This document shows positions 54,072 to 63,925 of a DNA stretch of 64,000 bases, piece after piece (positions within the stretch are counted from its first letter, which is position 1; each line of letters opens with the position of its first letter). The notes under the pieces were generated by a model. It saw only the letters and a program-made list of their open reading frames with translations. It searched no databases and was not told where the DNA came from. The position numbers and the translations under genes were made by a program. Source of the stretch: Gemmatimonadaceae bacterium (GTDB lineage: Bacteria; Gemmatimonadota; Gemmatimonadetes; Gemmatimonadales; Gemmatimonadaceae); NCBI GenBank assembly GCA_040902005.1, contig JBBDYA010000099.1:1-64000 (forward strand). The letters run 5' to 3'.

Positions 54072-55211
54072 TCACTCACGCGATGGCGCCATTTTCCAGA
54101 ATGCGATCCCGCCCGCCTGCTGACCGACGTCCACGGTCGCCACACGCCTCAGCGCACGCAGATCGTACACGTCCACCTTTCCAGGCTGCGCACCCACCCC
54201 TTCATTGCTCACGAACGCATACCGTGAGTCCGGGCTGACAACGACGCCGTGCGTCACCGTCGTCGCGCTCTTTGTCTGCATGACGCTCCTGCCACTCGCG
54301 AGGTCGAATGCCTGCACCGCCCCGCCCTGCTTCAGCGTCGCGAACAGGAGTTTCCCATCCGGCGTCACCGCCAGGTTGTAGGGACCGCGCCCCGTTGTGA
54401 AGCGGCGGGTCACGGTCCATGATGCGCGGTCGATCTCCAGAATCTCGTCGCGCTTGTTGCACGCGACGTACACCTTCGCGCCATCCGCGCTCGGCTGCGC
54501 CCACGTCGGTGAGCAGCTCGCGGGCGCCATCTGCTGCCCGGGCACGTGGTGGGCGTGAGGGGCCGCGTCCAAAGCGACCGGACCTTCGTTTCCCTTCGCC
54601 ACGCTGAAACGCCGCGACACCTCGAACTTCCGCGTGTCAATCTCCACGAGCTGGTCATCCATCATGCAGGTGGAATACTGGCGCGCACCGTCCGGTGACA
54701 CCCGGCTGCCGTGCGGCATCACACAAGTCTCCACGCGCTCGACTTCGGTGTTGTCCGGCGTGTACACCACGGACACCGACGACGGCGTCATCTCGCCATG
54801 CAGGTTGAAGTTCACCACGAAGGCGTAGAGGCCGTCCGGCGTCACATCGATGGAAGCCGGGAAATGCCCGAGGAAGGTGCCCGGGCCAACCAGCGTGTCC
54901 GGACCCAGCTCGATGCGCCAGTACTTGCCGTCCGGCGATCCATGCCCGGTGGTCATGTGCAGGTACTTGCCGTCGCGCGAGATCTGGAGTCCGTGCGGCC
55001 CCTCCATCTCCACCGCGCTTTCGCCCACCGGGATGGTCTTCTCCACCACCGCGCCTGCGGCACCGAAGCGCACTCTATGGATGAGGTCCGCGGACTCGGC
55101 GCCGACGTATACCCAGTAGTCGTGCGTGGGCGGGGCCGGGTTCTGCTGCGCGCCAACGGCTGTCCCAGCGACCATCAGAAAGACAATGTACCGCTCGATC
55201 GCGTCCATCAT
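54072..55211 (-). CDS. YncE/YVTN-type beta-propeller, exported
   Basis: Blades EGPHGLQISRDG, SIDVTPDG, MPHGSRVSPDG, GPYNLAVTPDG, VTHGVVVSPDS, VDVGQQAGGI; His-rich loop PHAHHVP. Confidence 0.85.
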   Translation of the reverse strand: MMDAIERYIVFLMVAGTAVGAQQNPAPPTHDYWVYVGAESADLIHRVRFGAAGAVVEKTIPVGESAVEMEGPHGLQISRDGKYLHMTTGHGSPDGKYWRIELGPDTLVGPGTFLGHFPASIDVTPDGLYAFVVNFNLHGEMTPSSVSVVYTPDNTEVERVETCVMPHGSRVSPDGARQYSTCMMDDQLVEIDTRKFEVSRRFSVAKGNEGPVALDAAPHAHHVPGQQMAPASCSPTWAQPSADGAKVYVACNKRDEILEIDRASWTVTRRFTTGRGPYNLAVTPDGKLLFATLKQGGAVQAFDLASGRSVMQTKSATTVTHGVVVSPDSRYAFVSNEGVGAQPGKVDVYDLRALRRVATVDVGQQAGGIAFWKMAPSRE

Positions 55212-55337
55212 GTCGCTGCCGGCCCCCCCCCGCTGTTGAGTCTCTGACGGAACGTAACGCGGACGATGCCCGCGGTCAGTACCTTCAACACCAGCGACGT
55301 AACGGTGGACGTATCTGCAGGGACAATGGGAGATGAC

Positions 55338-55562
55338 ATGCCAACCCTCACGCTCCTCGTCGGACTCGCAAGCGCCATCGCGTTCTTTCGCGCGGCTCAG
55401 TACGAACGCATGTCGCCGCTGCTCTGGACCGTGGCAAGCCTGGGGCTCACCCTCGTGGCCAGCTTCCTTGTGTCGGGCGTCCTGATGGTGATTCTGGCGC
55501 AGATCGGCTTGTTCGCGGTGATGTGGTGGTACAATGCCAGACGGCCGGTGAATCACGGTTGA
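55338..55562 (+). CDS. Hypothetical small membrane protein
   Basis: GGGAG RBS; 74 aa with three hydrophobic segments. Confidence 0.6.
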   Translation: MPTLTLLVGLASAIAFFRAAQYERMSPLLWTVASLGLTLVASFLVSGVLMVILAQIGLFAVMWWYNARRPVNHG

Positions 55563-55639
55563 TATGCGCGGCGATCCGGGCCATCATCCATGAGTTCCTT
55601 CGGCCTCAGCACGACACGGCACCTACCGGAGCCCTTCCC

Positions 55640-57676
55640 GTGAACGCATCCCGTCTTTTCCGATTCGTCGTCGCGCTCGTCGCGCCCATCGCCGCCCTCG
55701 CCACGCCGGTACACGCGCAGCAGCCGGCCGACTCCACGCCGACCATCACGAGGCTCGTCGCCGAGCCGATGACGCTGGTCGTGAAAGCCGGAGAGGCCGT
55801 GCCGATCCGCGTGCGCGCGTACGACGCGCAGGGGCGCGAGATCATGAACCCCGCGCTGCGCATAACCGGACCGCGCGCCTCCGTATTCATCTCCGACGGT
55901 ACCGTCAGGGGGATCCAGGCAGGACGGTATGACCTCGTCGCCTCCACCCCGGGCCGGGCCAATCCCGTGACGCTGCGCATTCCGATCACGGTCACCTGGC
56001 CCGAGATCACCACGGTACAGATCACGCCGGAGCCCGGACGTCTCTATGCGAACGTCACGCTGGCGCACGACGCGAAAGCGCTGCACGCCGACGGCACCGA
56101 GCGGCGCAACGCGAACATCACCTGGCGCAGCTCCAACGCCGCCATCGCCTCGGTGGACCGGTACGGCAACGTCACCGCAGTGGGAGCGGGACGCGGCACG
56201 GTCACCATCGGCGCGGAAGCCGAAGGCGTTCGGGCCGAGATCCGCCATACCGTCGTGCCCAACCCCATCGCAAAGCTCACCGTGGACGTCGCGGAGCACT
56301 CCGTGCGCAGCGGCGACGTGCTGCACCTCAAGGCGTCCGCGACCCGCGCGAACGGCAGCGCGATCACCGACATCCCGATCACGTGGAGCTACGTCTACGT
56401 GCCGGACGACACGATCGCGGCCCCCGGCGCCACGGGCATTGTCGACCGCGGCATGTTCGCCGCCGAAGTGCCGGGCCGGTACACCCTGCTCGCCACCGCG
56501 GGGAACGTGTCCGCGCGCAAGGTGATCCACGTGACGCCGCGCGACGTGCGCCGGCGCATCAACGTCACCGGCCGCGGGAGCATCACGCACGTGAACACCA
56601 GCGACCTGTGGCCCTGGACCGGGAAGGACGGACGCGATTACGCGCTCGTCGGCACGTGGGGCGGCGACGGGTGGGGATACGTCTTCGACATCACGAACCT
56701 CGCGACGCCCGTGATCACCGACTCGATCCAGGTGAACGCGCGCACGATCAACGACGTGACGGTCTCACCCGACGGGCGCTACGGCGTGCTGTCGCGCGAG
56801 GGCGCGTCGGACCGCGTGAACGGCATCGTCATCCTCGATCTCGCGAACCCCGCGCACCCGAAGGTCGCGGCGAGGTTCAGCCAGGAGCTCACCGGGGGCG
56901 TGCACAACATGTTCGCCACCAACGACTACCTGTTCGCGATCTCGGGCGGCGACAAGTACGTGATGGTGGACGTGCGCGACCTCTACAACCCGAAGTACGC
57001 CGGCGAGTACAACCACCCGAACTCGCGCGTGCACGACGTGTGGGTGCGCGACGGCATCGCGTACTCATCGGAGTGGGGAACGGGCGTGGTGGCGGTGGAC
57101 GTGGGCAACGGAAAGTACGGCGGCACGATCGAGAAGCCGGTGCTGATCGCCACGTACCCCACCACCAGCGGGGCGACCCACGAGATCTACCCGTACGTGC
57201 AGCAGTCCACCGGCAAGACGTACCTGTTCCTGGGTGACGAGATCATGAGCCGCCAGGGACGCGTGTGGGAGGGCACCAATTACCGCGGCACGCTGGGCCA
57301 GCCGGGCGGCGTGGCGCAGACATCGGCTGGCTACACTCACATCGTGGACTTCACCGACCCGAAGAACCCGAAGAACGTGGCCAAGTACCACCAGGAGGAA
57401 TTCGGGAGCCACGACATCATCGTCGAGGACGACGTGATGTACCAGGCGTACTACGACGGCGGGCTGCGCGTGGTGGACGTGAGCGGCGAACTGTTGGGCA
57501 ACCTCGCGGAGCAGCGGCGGGAGATTGCGGTCTTCAAAGCATTCGATCCCGATGGACGCACGCCGAACGCGAGCTTCGCGATGAACGCGATGCCCTGGAA
57601 GGGACACATCCTGTTCACTGATTTCAATTCCGGACTGTGGGTGGCGAAGCTGGAGCCGAAGCCGATCGTTCCGTAG
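55640..57676 (+). CDS. Exported Ig-like (Big_2) domains + LVIVD-repeat beta-propeller
   Basis: Signal peptide VHA-Q; ITWRSSNAAIASVD..G.VTA..G; blades VFDITNLATP, ILDLANPAHP, VDVRDLYNP, IVDFTDPKNP, YYDGGLRVVDV; His motifs GVHN, RVHD, ATHE, GSHD. Confidence 0.85.
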   Translation: MNASRLFRFVVALVAPIAALATPVHAQQPADSTPTITRLVAEPMTLVVKAGEAVPIRVRAYDAQGREIMNPALRITGPRASVFISDGTVRGIQAGRYDLVASTPGRANPVTLRIPITVTWPEITTVQITPEPGRLYANVTLAHDAKALHADGTERRNANITWRSSNAAIASVDRYGNVTAVGAGRGTVTIGAEAEGVRAEIRHTVVPNPIAKLTVDVAEHSVRSGDVLHLKASATRANGSAITDIPITWSYVYVPDDTIAAPGATGIVDRGMFAAEVPGRYTLLATAGNVSARKVIHVTPRDVRRRINVTGRGSITHVNTSDLWPWTGKDGRDYALVGTWGGDGWGYVFDITNLATPVITDSIQVNARTINDVTVSPDGRYGVLSREGASDRVNGIVILDLANPAHPKVAARFSQELTGGVHNMFATNDYLFAISGGDKYVMVDVRDLYNPKYAGEYNHPNSRVHDVWVRDGIAYSSEWGTGVVAVDVGNGKYGGTIEKPVLIATYPTTSGATHEIYPYVQQSTGKTYLFLGDEIMSRQGRVWEGTNYRGTLGQPGGVAQTSAGYTHIVDFTDPKNPKNVAKYHQEEFGSHDIIVEDDVMYQAYYDGGLRVVDVSGELLGNLAEQRREIAVFKAFDPDGRTPNASFAMNAMPWKGHILFTDFNSGLWVAKLEPKPIVP

Positions 57677-57692
57677 GCCCCGGGGCAAACCC

Positions 57693-57827
57693 GTCCTCGG
57701 CGCGCACTCGGCGCGGTCGGCGTACACACCGGCAGAGCCGCGCGTGGCGTGCAGGCGGACCCGCCGCGCAGCGGCGGCCGAGAACCGACCGCGGGTCGCA
57801 AGTACCCTTGCGACTCGCGCCGAGAAC
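57693..57827. repeat. REP/REPIN-like element, copy C (left half diverged)
   Basis: GTCCTCGG...CACACC...TGCAGGCGGAC-CCGCCGC-GCA-GCGGCGG-CCGAGAAC-CGAC-13-bp hairpin-CCGAGAAC, between convergent genes. Confidence 0.82.
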
Positions 57828-57857
57828 AAAAGACCCGTTGCTCGCCGAGTGCTCCAG

Positions 57858-59801
57858 CTACCCGGACTCGATCTGCTCGGTGGCCGCGGTCCAGCGAGCA
57901 AAGGTCGCGTCGAGCTCGACCTTCAGCCGCTCGAGGTCCATGCCGAGCGTTCGCGCTTTCTCCACGCCGTCGGAGTGCGTGTACAGCTCCGGATCTTCCA
58001 GCGCCTGCGTGATCTCCGCGATCCGCGTTTCCAAACGCGTAATCGTCGCTTCCGCCTGCTCCAGGTCCTTTTGCGCAGTGCGCTGCTGGCGACGCGCCTC
58101 CTTGGACGCGGGCTGCGCGGCCTCTTTCTTCCTGGCCACCTTCTGGCGCTCGTGCACCTTGCGCAGCGACGCCTCCTCCTGCGCGCGCACACTCACCGCG
58201 TGCTGGCGTTCCGCGCTCACCTCCTCCCACTCGGCAAACCCGCCGGGAAACTCCGTGATGTGGCGGTCGTGCAGCACCCACACCTTCGTGGTCAGCGCGC
58301 GCAGCAACTCGCGATCGTGGCTCACGAGTACTACCGTGCCGTCGTACAGCTCCACCGCGTCTTCCAGCGCCTCGATGGACTCCACGTCCAGGTGGTTCGT
58401 CGGCTCGTCGAGCACCAGCAGGTTTGCGCGCGAGAGCATCAGCATCGCGAGCCCCACGCGGGCACGTTCGCCGCCCGACAGCTTGTCCGCGCGACGCTGC
58501 ACCTCCTCGCCCGAGAACCCGAACCGGCCCAGGTGTCCCTGCACCAGCCGGCGGTCCCACGTGGGACGCAAGTCATTGATCACGTCGTACAGCGCGCGGT
58601 CCAGTGGCACCTGCGAGAGGTCCTGCTTGTAGAACCCGGCGGTGATGGACGATCCCATCCTGAGCTCGCCACCGGCCACTGGGTGTTCGCCGAACAGTGC
58701 CTTGAGCAGCGTGGATTTCCCCGCCCCGTTGGGCCCGATGAAGCCGAGGACGTCCGTGCGCATTACGGTGCCCGTGAACTTCTCCACCAGCGTGCGCTGC
58801 TCGACGTTCACGGTGACGTTCACGGCGGAGACCACGCGGTCGCCTCCACGTTCCGCCACCTCGAAGCGCAGCGACATGGAGTCGTCCTCACCGATCGGGG
58901 CGCTGAGCCGCGGCAGCCGCGCCAATAACTTTCGGCGTCCCTTCGCTTGCCGCGTATTCTGACCGGCGAGGTTGCGCGCGATGTAATCGGTCTCGCTGGC
59001 GATCTTCCGCTGCTGCTGCTCGAACTGCCGCAGCTGCGTGAGCCGGCGCTCGGCGCGCTGCGCGACGAACTGCTTGTAGCCGCCGCTGTAGGCGAACGCG
59101 GTGTTCCCCTCGAAATGCAGCACGTGGTCCGCCGTGGCGTCGAGGAACGCGCGGTCGTGGCTGATCAGCAGCACCGTTCGGTCGATCTCGCGGATGAACT
59201 GCTCCAGCCAGGCCGCCGTCTCCAGGTCCAGGTGGTTCGTCGGCTCGTCGAGCAGTAGCACGTCCGCCGACGACACCAGCTGCCGGGCCAGGCCCAGGCG
59301 CCCGCGCTCGCCGCCGCTCAGCGTGCTCACGGGCGTGGTACGGGACCGGTCCGGGTCGAAGCCCAGCCCGTGCAGCACCGAGTCGATGCGCGACGTGACC
59401 GCGTAGCCCCCTTCGTGCTCGAAGCGCTCCAGGTCGCGTCCGTACCGGTTCATCGCCTCCTCGGACGCGTCCTGCGCGAGCGCGGACGCCTGTTCGGCGA
59501 GCGACACCTCCAGCTCCAGCAACTCGGCGAGTTCGCCGGCGGCCGCCTCCCACACGCTCGACGCGCCGCCGAAGTCCCGGTGCTGCTCCAGCAACGACAC
59601 GCGCAGCGTGGGCTGCCGCGCGATGACCCCGCGCGTGGGCTGCATCTCACCCGTGAGCAGCCGGAAGAGCGTGGTCTTGCCCGTGCCGTTGCGGCCGACA
59701 ATCCCCCACCGCTCGCGGGCGGCGACGGTGAACGTGATGCCGGAAAAGAGCGTCGTGGCGCCGAAGTCGACGCCGACGTTGGAGAACGAAAGTTGAGTCA
59801 T
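57858..59801 (-). CDS. ABC-F family ATPase (Uup/YdiF-like)
   Basis: Two NBDs (GRNGTGKTT and GPNGAGKST; LSGGE twice; LDEPTNHLD twice), no TM helices, C-terminal coiled coil. Confidence 0.93.
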   Translation of the reverse strand: MTQLSFSNVGVDFGATTLFSGITFTVAARERWGIVGRNGTGKTTLFRLLTGEMQPTRGVIARQPTLRVSLLEQHRDFGGASSVWEAAAGELAELLELEVSLAEQASALAQDASEEAMNRYGRDLERFEHEGGYAVTSRIDSVLHGLGFDPDRSRTTPVSTLSGGERGRLGLARQLVSSADVLLLDEPTNHLDLETAAWLEQFIREIDRTVLLISHDRAFLDATADHVLHFEGNTAFAYSGGYKQFVAQRAERRLTQLRQFEQQQRKIASETDYIARNLAGQNTRQAKGRRKLLARLPRLSAPIGEDDSMSLRFEVAERGGDRVVSAVNVTVNVEQRTLVEKFTGTVMRTDVLGFIGPNGAGKSTLLKALFGEHPVAGGELRMGSSITAGFYKQDLSQVPLDRALYDVINDLRPTWDRRLVQGHLGRFGFSGEEVQRRADKLSGGERARVGLAMLMLSRANLLVLDEPTNHLDVESIEALEDAVELYDGTVVLVSHDRELLRALTTKVWVLHDRHITEFPGGFAEWEEVSAERQHAVSVRAQEEASLRKVHERQKVARKKEAAQPASKEARRQQRTAQKDLEQAEATITRLETRIAEITQALEDPELYTHSDGVEKARTLGMDLERLKVELDATFARWTAATEQIESG

Positions 59802-59811
59802 TCGGAACGGT

Positions 59812-60675
59812 TCACGTGTCCAGGCACGCAGCGAGCGCCCCAGCAAACCGGCCATGTGATCCGGGGGCATGGTCGAAGAACATCAGCGGTTCGATGCATT
59901 CGATTTCCATGAGCATGAATCCCCGGCCGGTCATCACGCCGTCGATGCGCGCGAACAGCCAGGGGGTGGGAATGTGCCCGGCCATGCGCTCACCGGCGCC
60001 GATGATCTCCGGCGGTGCCGGCCGCGGTTCAGCCGAGCCGCCAAACTCCGTCTGAACGCGAAAGTCGCCGGCGGAGGGACGCTTGATGGTCGAGTGGCTG
60101 AACGCGCCGCCGATGAACATCAGCGACCACTCCCCCCCCCCCTCGGTGGCGATCTCCGGGACGACCTCCTGCACCAGGACGTCCGAGCGCTCCACCAGTT
60201 CGGCGAATCGCACGCCGTCCGCGCGTGCCTTGCTGGTCGTGCGCCACGTGTCGGTGGCCGATGCCGAGATCGCGGGTTTGACGATCGCCTGCGTCCACTT
60301 GTGCTCGCGCATGATGGCGGACAGCGTCGTTCCACCGCTCTGGTCCGCCCAGTGGGTGGCCGGAATGAGCAGGCCCTCCGCGGCAAGGTCGCGCAGGTAG
60401 AACTTGTGCATGTTCCAGCGCACCAGCGGCACGGGGTTCCAGAGCGGGACGTTCATGCGCTCGAGCAACGACAGCCACTTGCGGAATTCTCCAGCGCGCA
60501 GGTGGTAGTCCCAGCAGGAGCGCAGAACGAGCGCGGAAAAGTCGGTCCAGCGCACCTCCGGGTCGTCCCACAGGATTGGCCGGGCCTCGATGCCGAGCGC
60601 TTCGAGCGCCGCGAGCAGCGGGCGGTCGTCGTCCGTGAGGTCCGGAAACGCTGCATAGGTAACGAGCCCGATCAT
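59812..60675 (-). CDS. ATP-grasp protein (RimK/glutathione-synthetase-like; DcsG-like)
   Basis: WDDP.V.W..F..LVLRSCWDY, WNMHKFYL, VKPAISA, GEWSLMF, GDFRVQ.EFGG, FARIDG, LMEIECIEP. Confidence 0.8.
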   Translation of the reverse strand: MIGLVTYAAFPDLTDDDRPLLAALEALGIEARPILWDDPEVRWTDFSALVLRSCWDYHLRAGEFRKWLSLLERMNVPLWNPVPLVRWNMHKFYLRDLAAEGLLIPATHWADQSGGTTLSAIMREHKWTQAIVKPAISASATDTWRTTSKARADGVRFAELVERSDVLVQEVVPEIATEGGGEWSLMFIGGAFSHSTIKRPSAGDFRVQTEFGGSAEPRPAPPEIIGAGERMAGHIPTPWLFARIDGVMTGRGFMLMEIECIEPLMFFDHAPGSHGRFAGALAACLDT

Positions 60676-60751
60676 GCCGGAGCAGTAAAGCTCGTCGCGC
60701 CACTTTTCGTAAGGAGATGTCAGGTGGCCGACTTACCGGCGTCAGCAAAGA

Positions 60752-62134
60752 CTACGGGGCGCGCAGCCGGGCGCTTCCGTCCAGCACCGCGCGCGTGACC
60801 CTGGCCGCGATGGAGTCCTGCGCGGTAAAGCTGTCGGTGATCGTGAAGTCCAGCTGATCGGCCCAGAGTGACGAGTCGGGAGCGGCGCGAAAGAGCCGCA
60901 CCTGCGCGCGGGCGCGCGTGCCGGCCCGCTGCACGGTGGTCTCGACGTACAGCGCCGCCATCCGCGCTCCGGGTGTGGTATCCGCCACCACGCGCACGCC
61001 CGCTCGCACGAGCGCCGTCGTGATCGACGCCGTCATGGCACCGGCAAGCTCCTCGCTTCCCTGCCCGATGGCGGCGGCGGCGGGCACGCGCACCACGATC
61101 TCCTCCGGTGCCGTACTCAGGCCGTTCGCCGCTTCCGACGCCGGCTGAGGCCACAGCGACCAGAGGATCAACCCACCGAGCGCGGCGACACCAAGCGCCG
61201 TCGTGAGCGATGTCATCCAGAACTGCCAGCGGCGGCGCGACGTGGCCTCCGGCGTTGCCGCCACCGGCCCCGAAATCGCCTCCGGGCTCTCCAGCACGCG
61301 GAGCAGCTCGGTCGCGATACGCGGGCGGTCCGCGGGATCCTTCTCCAGGCACCGCATGACGAGATCGGACAGCGCGACGGGCACGTCGTAGCGCCGCGAC
61401 GGCAGCGGTGGCGGCAGCTCCGTCAGTTGCGCGGCCAGCAGCGACTGCGGCGTGCGCCCATGAAAGGGCGGCGACCCCACCAGCATCTCGTACGCGACGA
61501 TCCCGATCGCGTAGAGATCCACCCGATGGTCCGCGTCGGGATCCGCAGCCGCCTGTTCGGGCGCCATGTACTGCGGCGTGCCCAGCGAGATCCCGATGCC
61601 GGTGATGGACTGCCCGGGCTGCTGCTGGAATCCCCGCTCCCGGGCCGCGCTCACCGCTTTCGCCACGCCGAAGTCCGTGACGACTGCCGCGGCCCCGGAC
61701 AGCAGAATGTTGTCCGGCTTGATGTCACGGTGCACGATCCCCACGCTGTGCGCGTACGCCAGCGCGCGCATCACGTCCTTGAGGATGCCGACCGTTTCCC
61801 GCACCGACAGCGGTCCGCGCATGATCCGGCCGCGAAGGGACTCGCCATCGATGTAGGGCATGATGAAATACGGAAGTCCGTCCACCTGCCCCGCGCTCAG
61901 CACCGGCACGATGTTCGGATGGTTCAGCTTCGCGATCATCATGATCTCGCGCTCGAACCGCTGCACCGAGACCGTGGCCGCCAGGGTCGGGTTCAGGACC
62001 TTCACGACCACCTTGCGGCCAAGCGCGACGTCGTCGGCGACGAACACGCGCGACATTCCACCCCCGCCCAGCTCCGACTGGATGGCGTACGACGTGCCGA
62101 GATGCTCCTGAAGCTTGCGTTCCAGATGCGCCAA
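60752..62134 (-). CDS. Ser/Thr protein kinase with one TM helix and a small extracytoplasmic domain
   Basis: LGGGGMSRV, VVVK, HRDIKPDN, DFG, GTPQYMAPEQ; TM LGVAALGGLILW. Start uncertain (TTG 62134). Confidence 0.9.
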   Translation of the reverse strand: MAHLERKLQEHLGTSYAIQSELGGGGMSRVFVADDVALGRKVVVKVLNPTLAATVSVQRFEREIMMIAKLNHPNIVPVLSAGQVDGLPYFIMPYIDGESLRGRIMRGPLSVRETVGILKDVMRALAYAHSVGIVHRDIKPDNILLSGAAAVVTDFGVAKAVSAARERGFQQQPGQSITGIGISLGTPQYMAPEQAAADPDADHRVDLYAIGIVAYEMLVGSPPFHGRTPQSLLAAQLTELPPPLPSRRYDVPVALSDLVMRCLEKDPADRPRIATELLRVLESPEAISGPVAATPEATSRRRWQFWMTSLTTALGVAALGGLILWSLWPQPASEAANGLSTAPEEIVVRVPAAAAIGQGSEELAGAMTASITTALVRAGVRVVADTTPGARMAALYVETTVQRAGTRARAQVRLFRAAPDSSLWADQLDFTITDSFTAQDSIAARVTRAVLDGSARLRAP

Positions 62135-62220
62135 TGCCGCGTCTCCGAAGTCGGGCCCGCCCCTACCTGAAGGTAGACACCCGTACCCGGCTTTGCGCTT
62201 GCCCGTCCGGCCGATTCGCC

Positions 62221-63018
62221 CTAGCTGCCGGTCGTGCGCAACTCTGCCGCCCATTCGATGGCATTGTTGCGCAGATCGAACGGCATTTCGTGCCCACCTT
62301 CAAAGGTGTGGAAATCGACGTCATGGCCGTTGGCGCGGAGCACCGGCACGATGAAGTCGCGGGTGTTCGTGAACGGAACGACGTCGTCCAGATTCCCGTG
62401 CGTCATGTAGATCTCGGGCTGCCCTCGGCGGAATGGCACGATGAGCTGTCCCGGAGAAAACGCGATGACCCGCGAAAACAGGTGGGCATTGACCAATCCG
62501 ATGCCGAGCGCCTCCGAGGCGCCGTCGGAAAAGCCACCGATCGTGAGACGCGTACCGTCCACGTTGGCGATCCGAAAGACCTTCTCGAGCGCGGACTGGA
62601 GGAAATCGACGTCGTTCTTGTAGCGGCCAACCGACAGCATGTCCCACGTCTGAAAACGCGAGTCGGGCGCAAGCACGAGCAGCCCGAACGCGTCATACAG
62701 CATGCGCAGTTCCTCGCTATCCCAGTTGCTGCCGGAGCCACCAGCGCCGTGCAGCAGCACCAGCAGCGGCGCGGGCTCCGCCGGATTATAGTTGGCCGGG
62801 ACGTACAGGAATCCATCTCGGGGGGTGCCCAGCCCGAGCGCCTGCATCCCCGGAACCGTCGTCTCCGTGGGCGCGGTCGGCAACAACTCGATCGTCGCGT
62901 CGTCGATGAGCTCCTGCTCCGGATCGAGAGGGCCCACGGCCTGCTTGCATCCGGCGAGCAGCAGGCCCGCGCCGAGCGCGGCAAGGATCGTGAACGTGCG
63001 GCGGTTGACGTATCGCAT
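62221..63018 (-). CDS. Alpha/beta hydrolase lipoprotein (phospholipase/carboxylesterase type)
   Basis: Lipobox LAGC, LLHGAGG, GFSDGAS, HG..DDVVP, FEGGH. Confidence 0.88.
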   Translation of the reverse strand: MRYVNRRTFTILAALGAGLLLAGCKQAVGPLDPEQELIDDATIELLPTAPTETTVPGMQALGLGTPRDGFLYVPANYNPAEPAPLLVLLHGAGGSGSNWDSEELRMLYDAFGLLVLAPDSRFQTWDMLSVGRYKNDVDFLQSALEKVFRIANVDGTRLTIGGFSDGASEALGIGLVNAHLFSRVIAFSPGQLIVPFRRGQPEIYMTHGNLDDVVPFTNTRDFIVPVLRANGHDVDFHTFEGGHEMPFDLRNNAIEWAAELRTTGS

Positions 63019-63101
63019 GATGACTGTCCGTAGTATTGGAACTGGAGTGCCCCCAACGAAACCCCTGAGCCGTCACTGACCCTTACACGAGGCGTTTGAA
63101 T

Positions 63102-63590
63102 ATGCCATGTCGCCGACACTGGTGCACCACGCTCTGCGTCACCATCGGGCTGAGTCTGTCTGGAGCATCGCTCCCGGGGCAGACCACCGAGGAACGCGCC
63201 GTGACCGCGGTCGTTGAGCGGATGTTCAATGGGATGCGCACCGCGGACAGCGCGATCGTGCGCGCCGTCTTCGCCCACGGGGCGCGCTTCGCCGGCCTCG
63301 ATCCGAGAGCGACACCCCCGGCCGTCCGGTACGACAGCGTGGGCGGGTGGATCACCGCCATCGCCAACTCCAACAACCGCTGGGACGAGCAGATCTACGA
63401 CGTGCTGGCCAGGGTGGACGGCGGCATCGCGGTCGCCTGGGTGCCCTACACCTTCTACCTCGACCGGAAGGTCAGCCATTGCGGCGTGAACGTCATCGAC
63501 ATGCTCCGCATCAGCGAGGAGTGGAAGATCATCCAGATCTACGACTCCCGGCGGCGGGAGAACTGCCCCGATCCGCTGTCCCGCGATTAG
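63102..63590 (+). CDS. Exported NTF2/SnoaL-like (lumazine-binding-like) protein
   Basis: VVERMFNGMR..D, WDEQI, IAVAWVPYTFY, SHCGVN, WKI.QI.D. Confidence 0.8.
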   Translation: MPCRRHWCTTLCVTIGLSLSGASLPGQTTEERAVTAVVERMFNGMRTADSAIVRAVFAHGARFAGLDPRATPPAVRYDSVGGWITAIANSNNRWDEQIYDVLARVDGGIAVAWVPYTFYLDRKVSHCGVNVIDMLRISEEWKIIQIYDSRRRENCPDPLSRD

Positions 63591-63925
63591 GCGCCCGCGC
63601 TGCGCAGCGCGTCGATATGCGCCCGCACGCGGACGGTGTACGTCTCGATCGTGTCGTCGGCGGCGGGCCGGGGCAGTTGGCACGCCGGGTCGTCCGGCGA
63701 CGACGAATTCAGCGCGTTGGTGAAGGAATCGCACGCCCGCGCGGCCGCGACCACCTCGAAGAGTTCCACGGCCTCCAACAGCTGAACGAGCTCCTCCGCG
63801 GGCGCTTCCTGAAACGTGACGATTCCGCGCTGGCGCAGCCGCCCAAGGACACCCAGCGTCGCGCCGGCGAGCTCAGCGCCTGCCGCTCCGTTCGTTTGAT
63901 CGTCCGATATGTTCGAGGTTTCCAT
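63587..63925 (-). CDS. Hypothetical protein
   Basis: Helical acidic frame ..LRQRGI...EELVQLLEAVELFE..DSFTN..DDP..LPR..Y.VRV. Confidence 0.65.
   Translation of the reverse strand: METSNISDDQTNGAAGAELAGATLGVLGRLRQRGIVTFQEAPAEELVQLLEAVELFEVVAAARACDSFTNALNSSSPDDPACQLPRPAADDTIETYTVRVRAHIDALRSAGA

Noticed and set aside
7167..60142. C/G homopolymers of 9-11 nt (7167-7177, 33777-33787, 40282-40291, 60132-60142) as phase-variation switches
   Set aside because: All host genes are in frame and encode Pro or Gly runs; there is no evidence of variation without reads.
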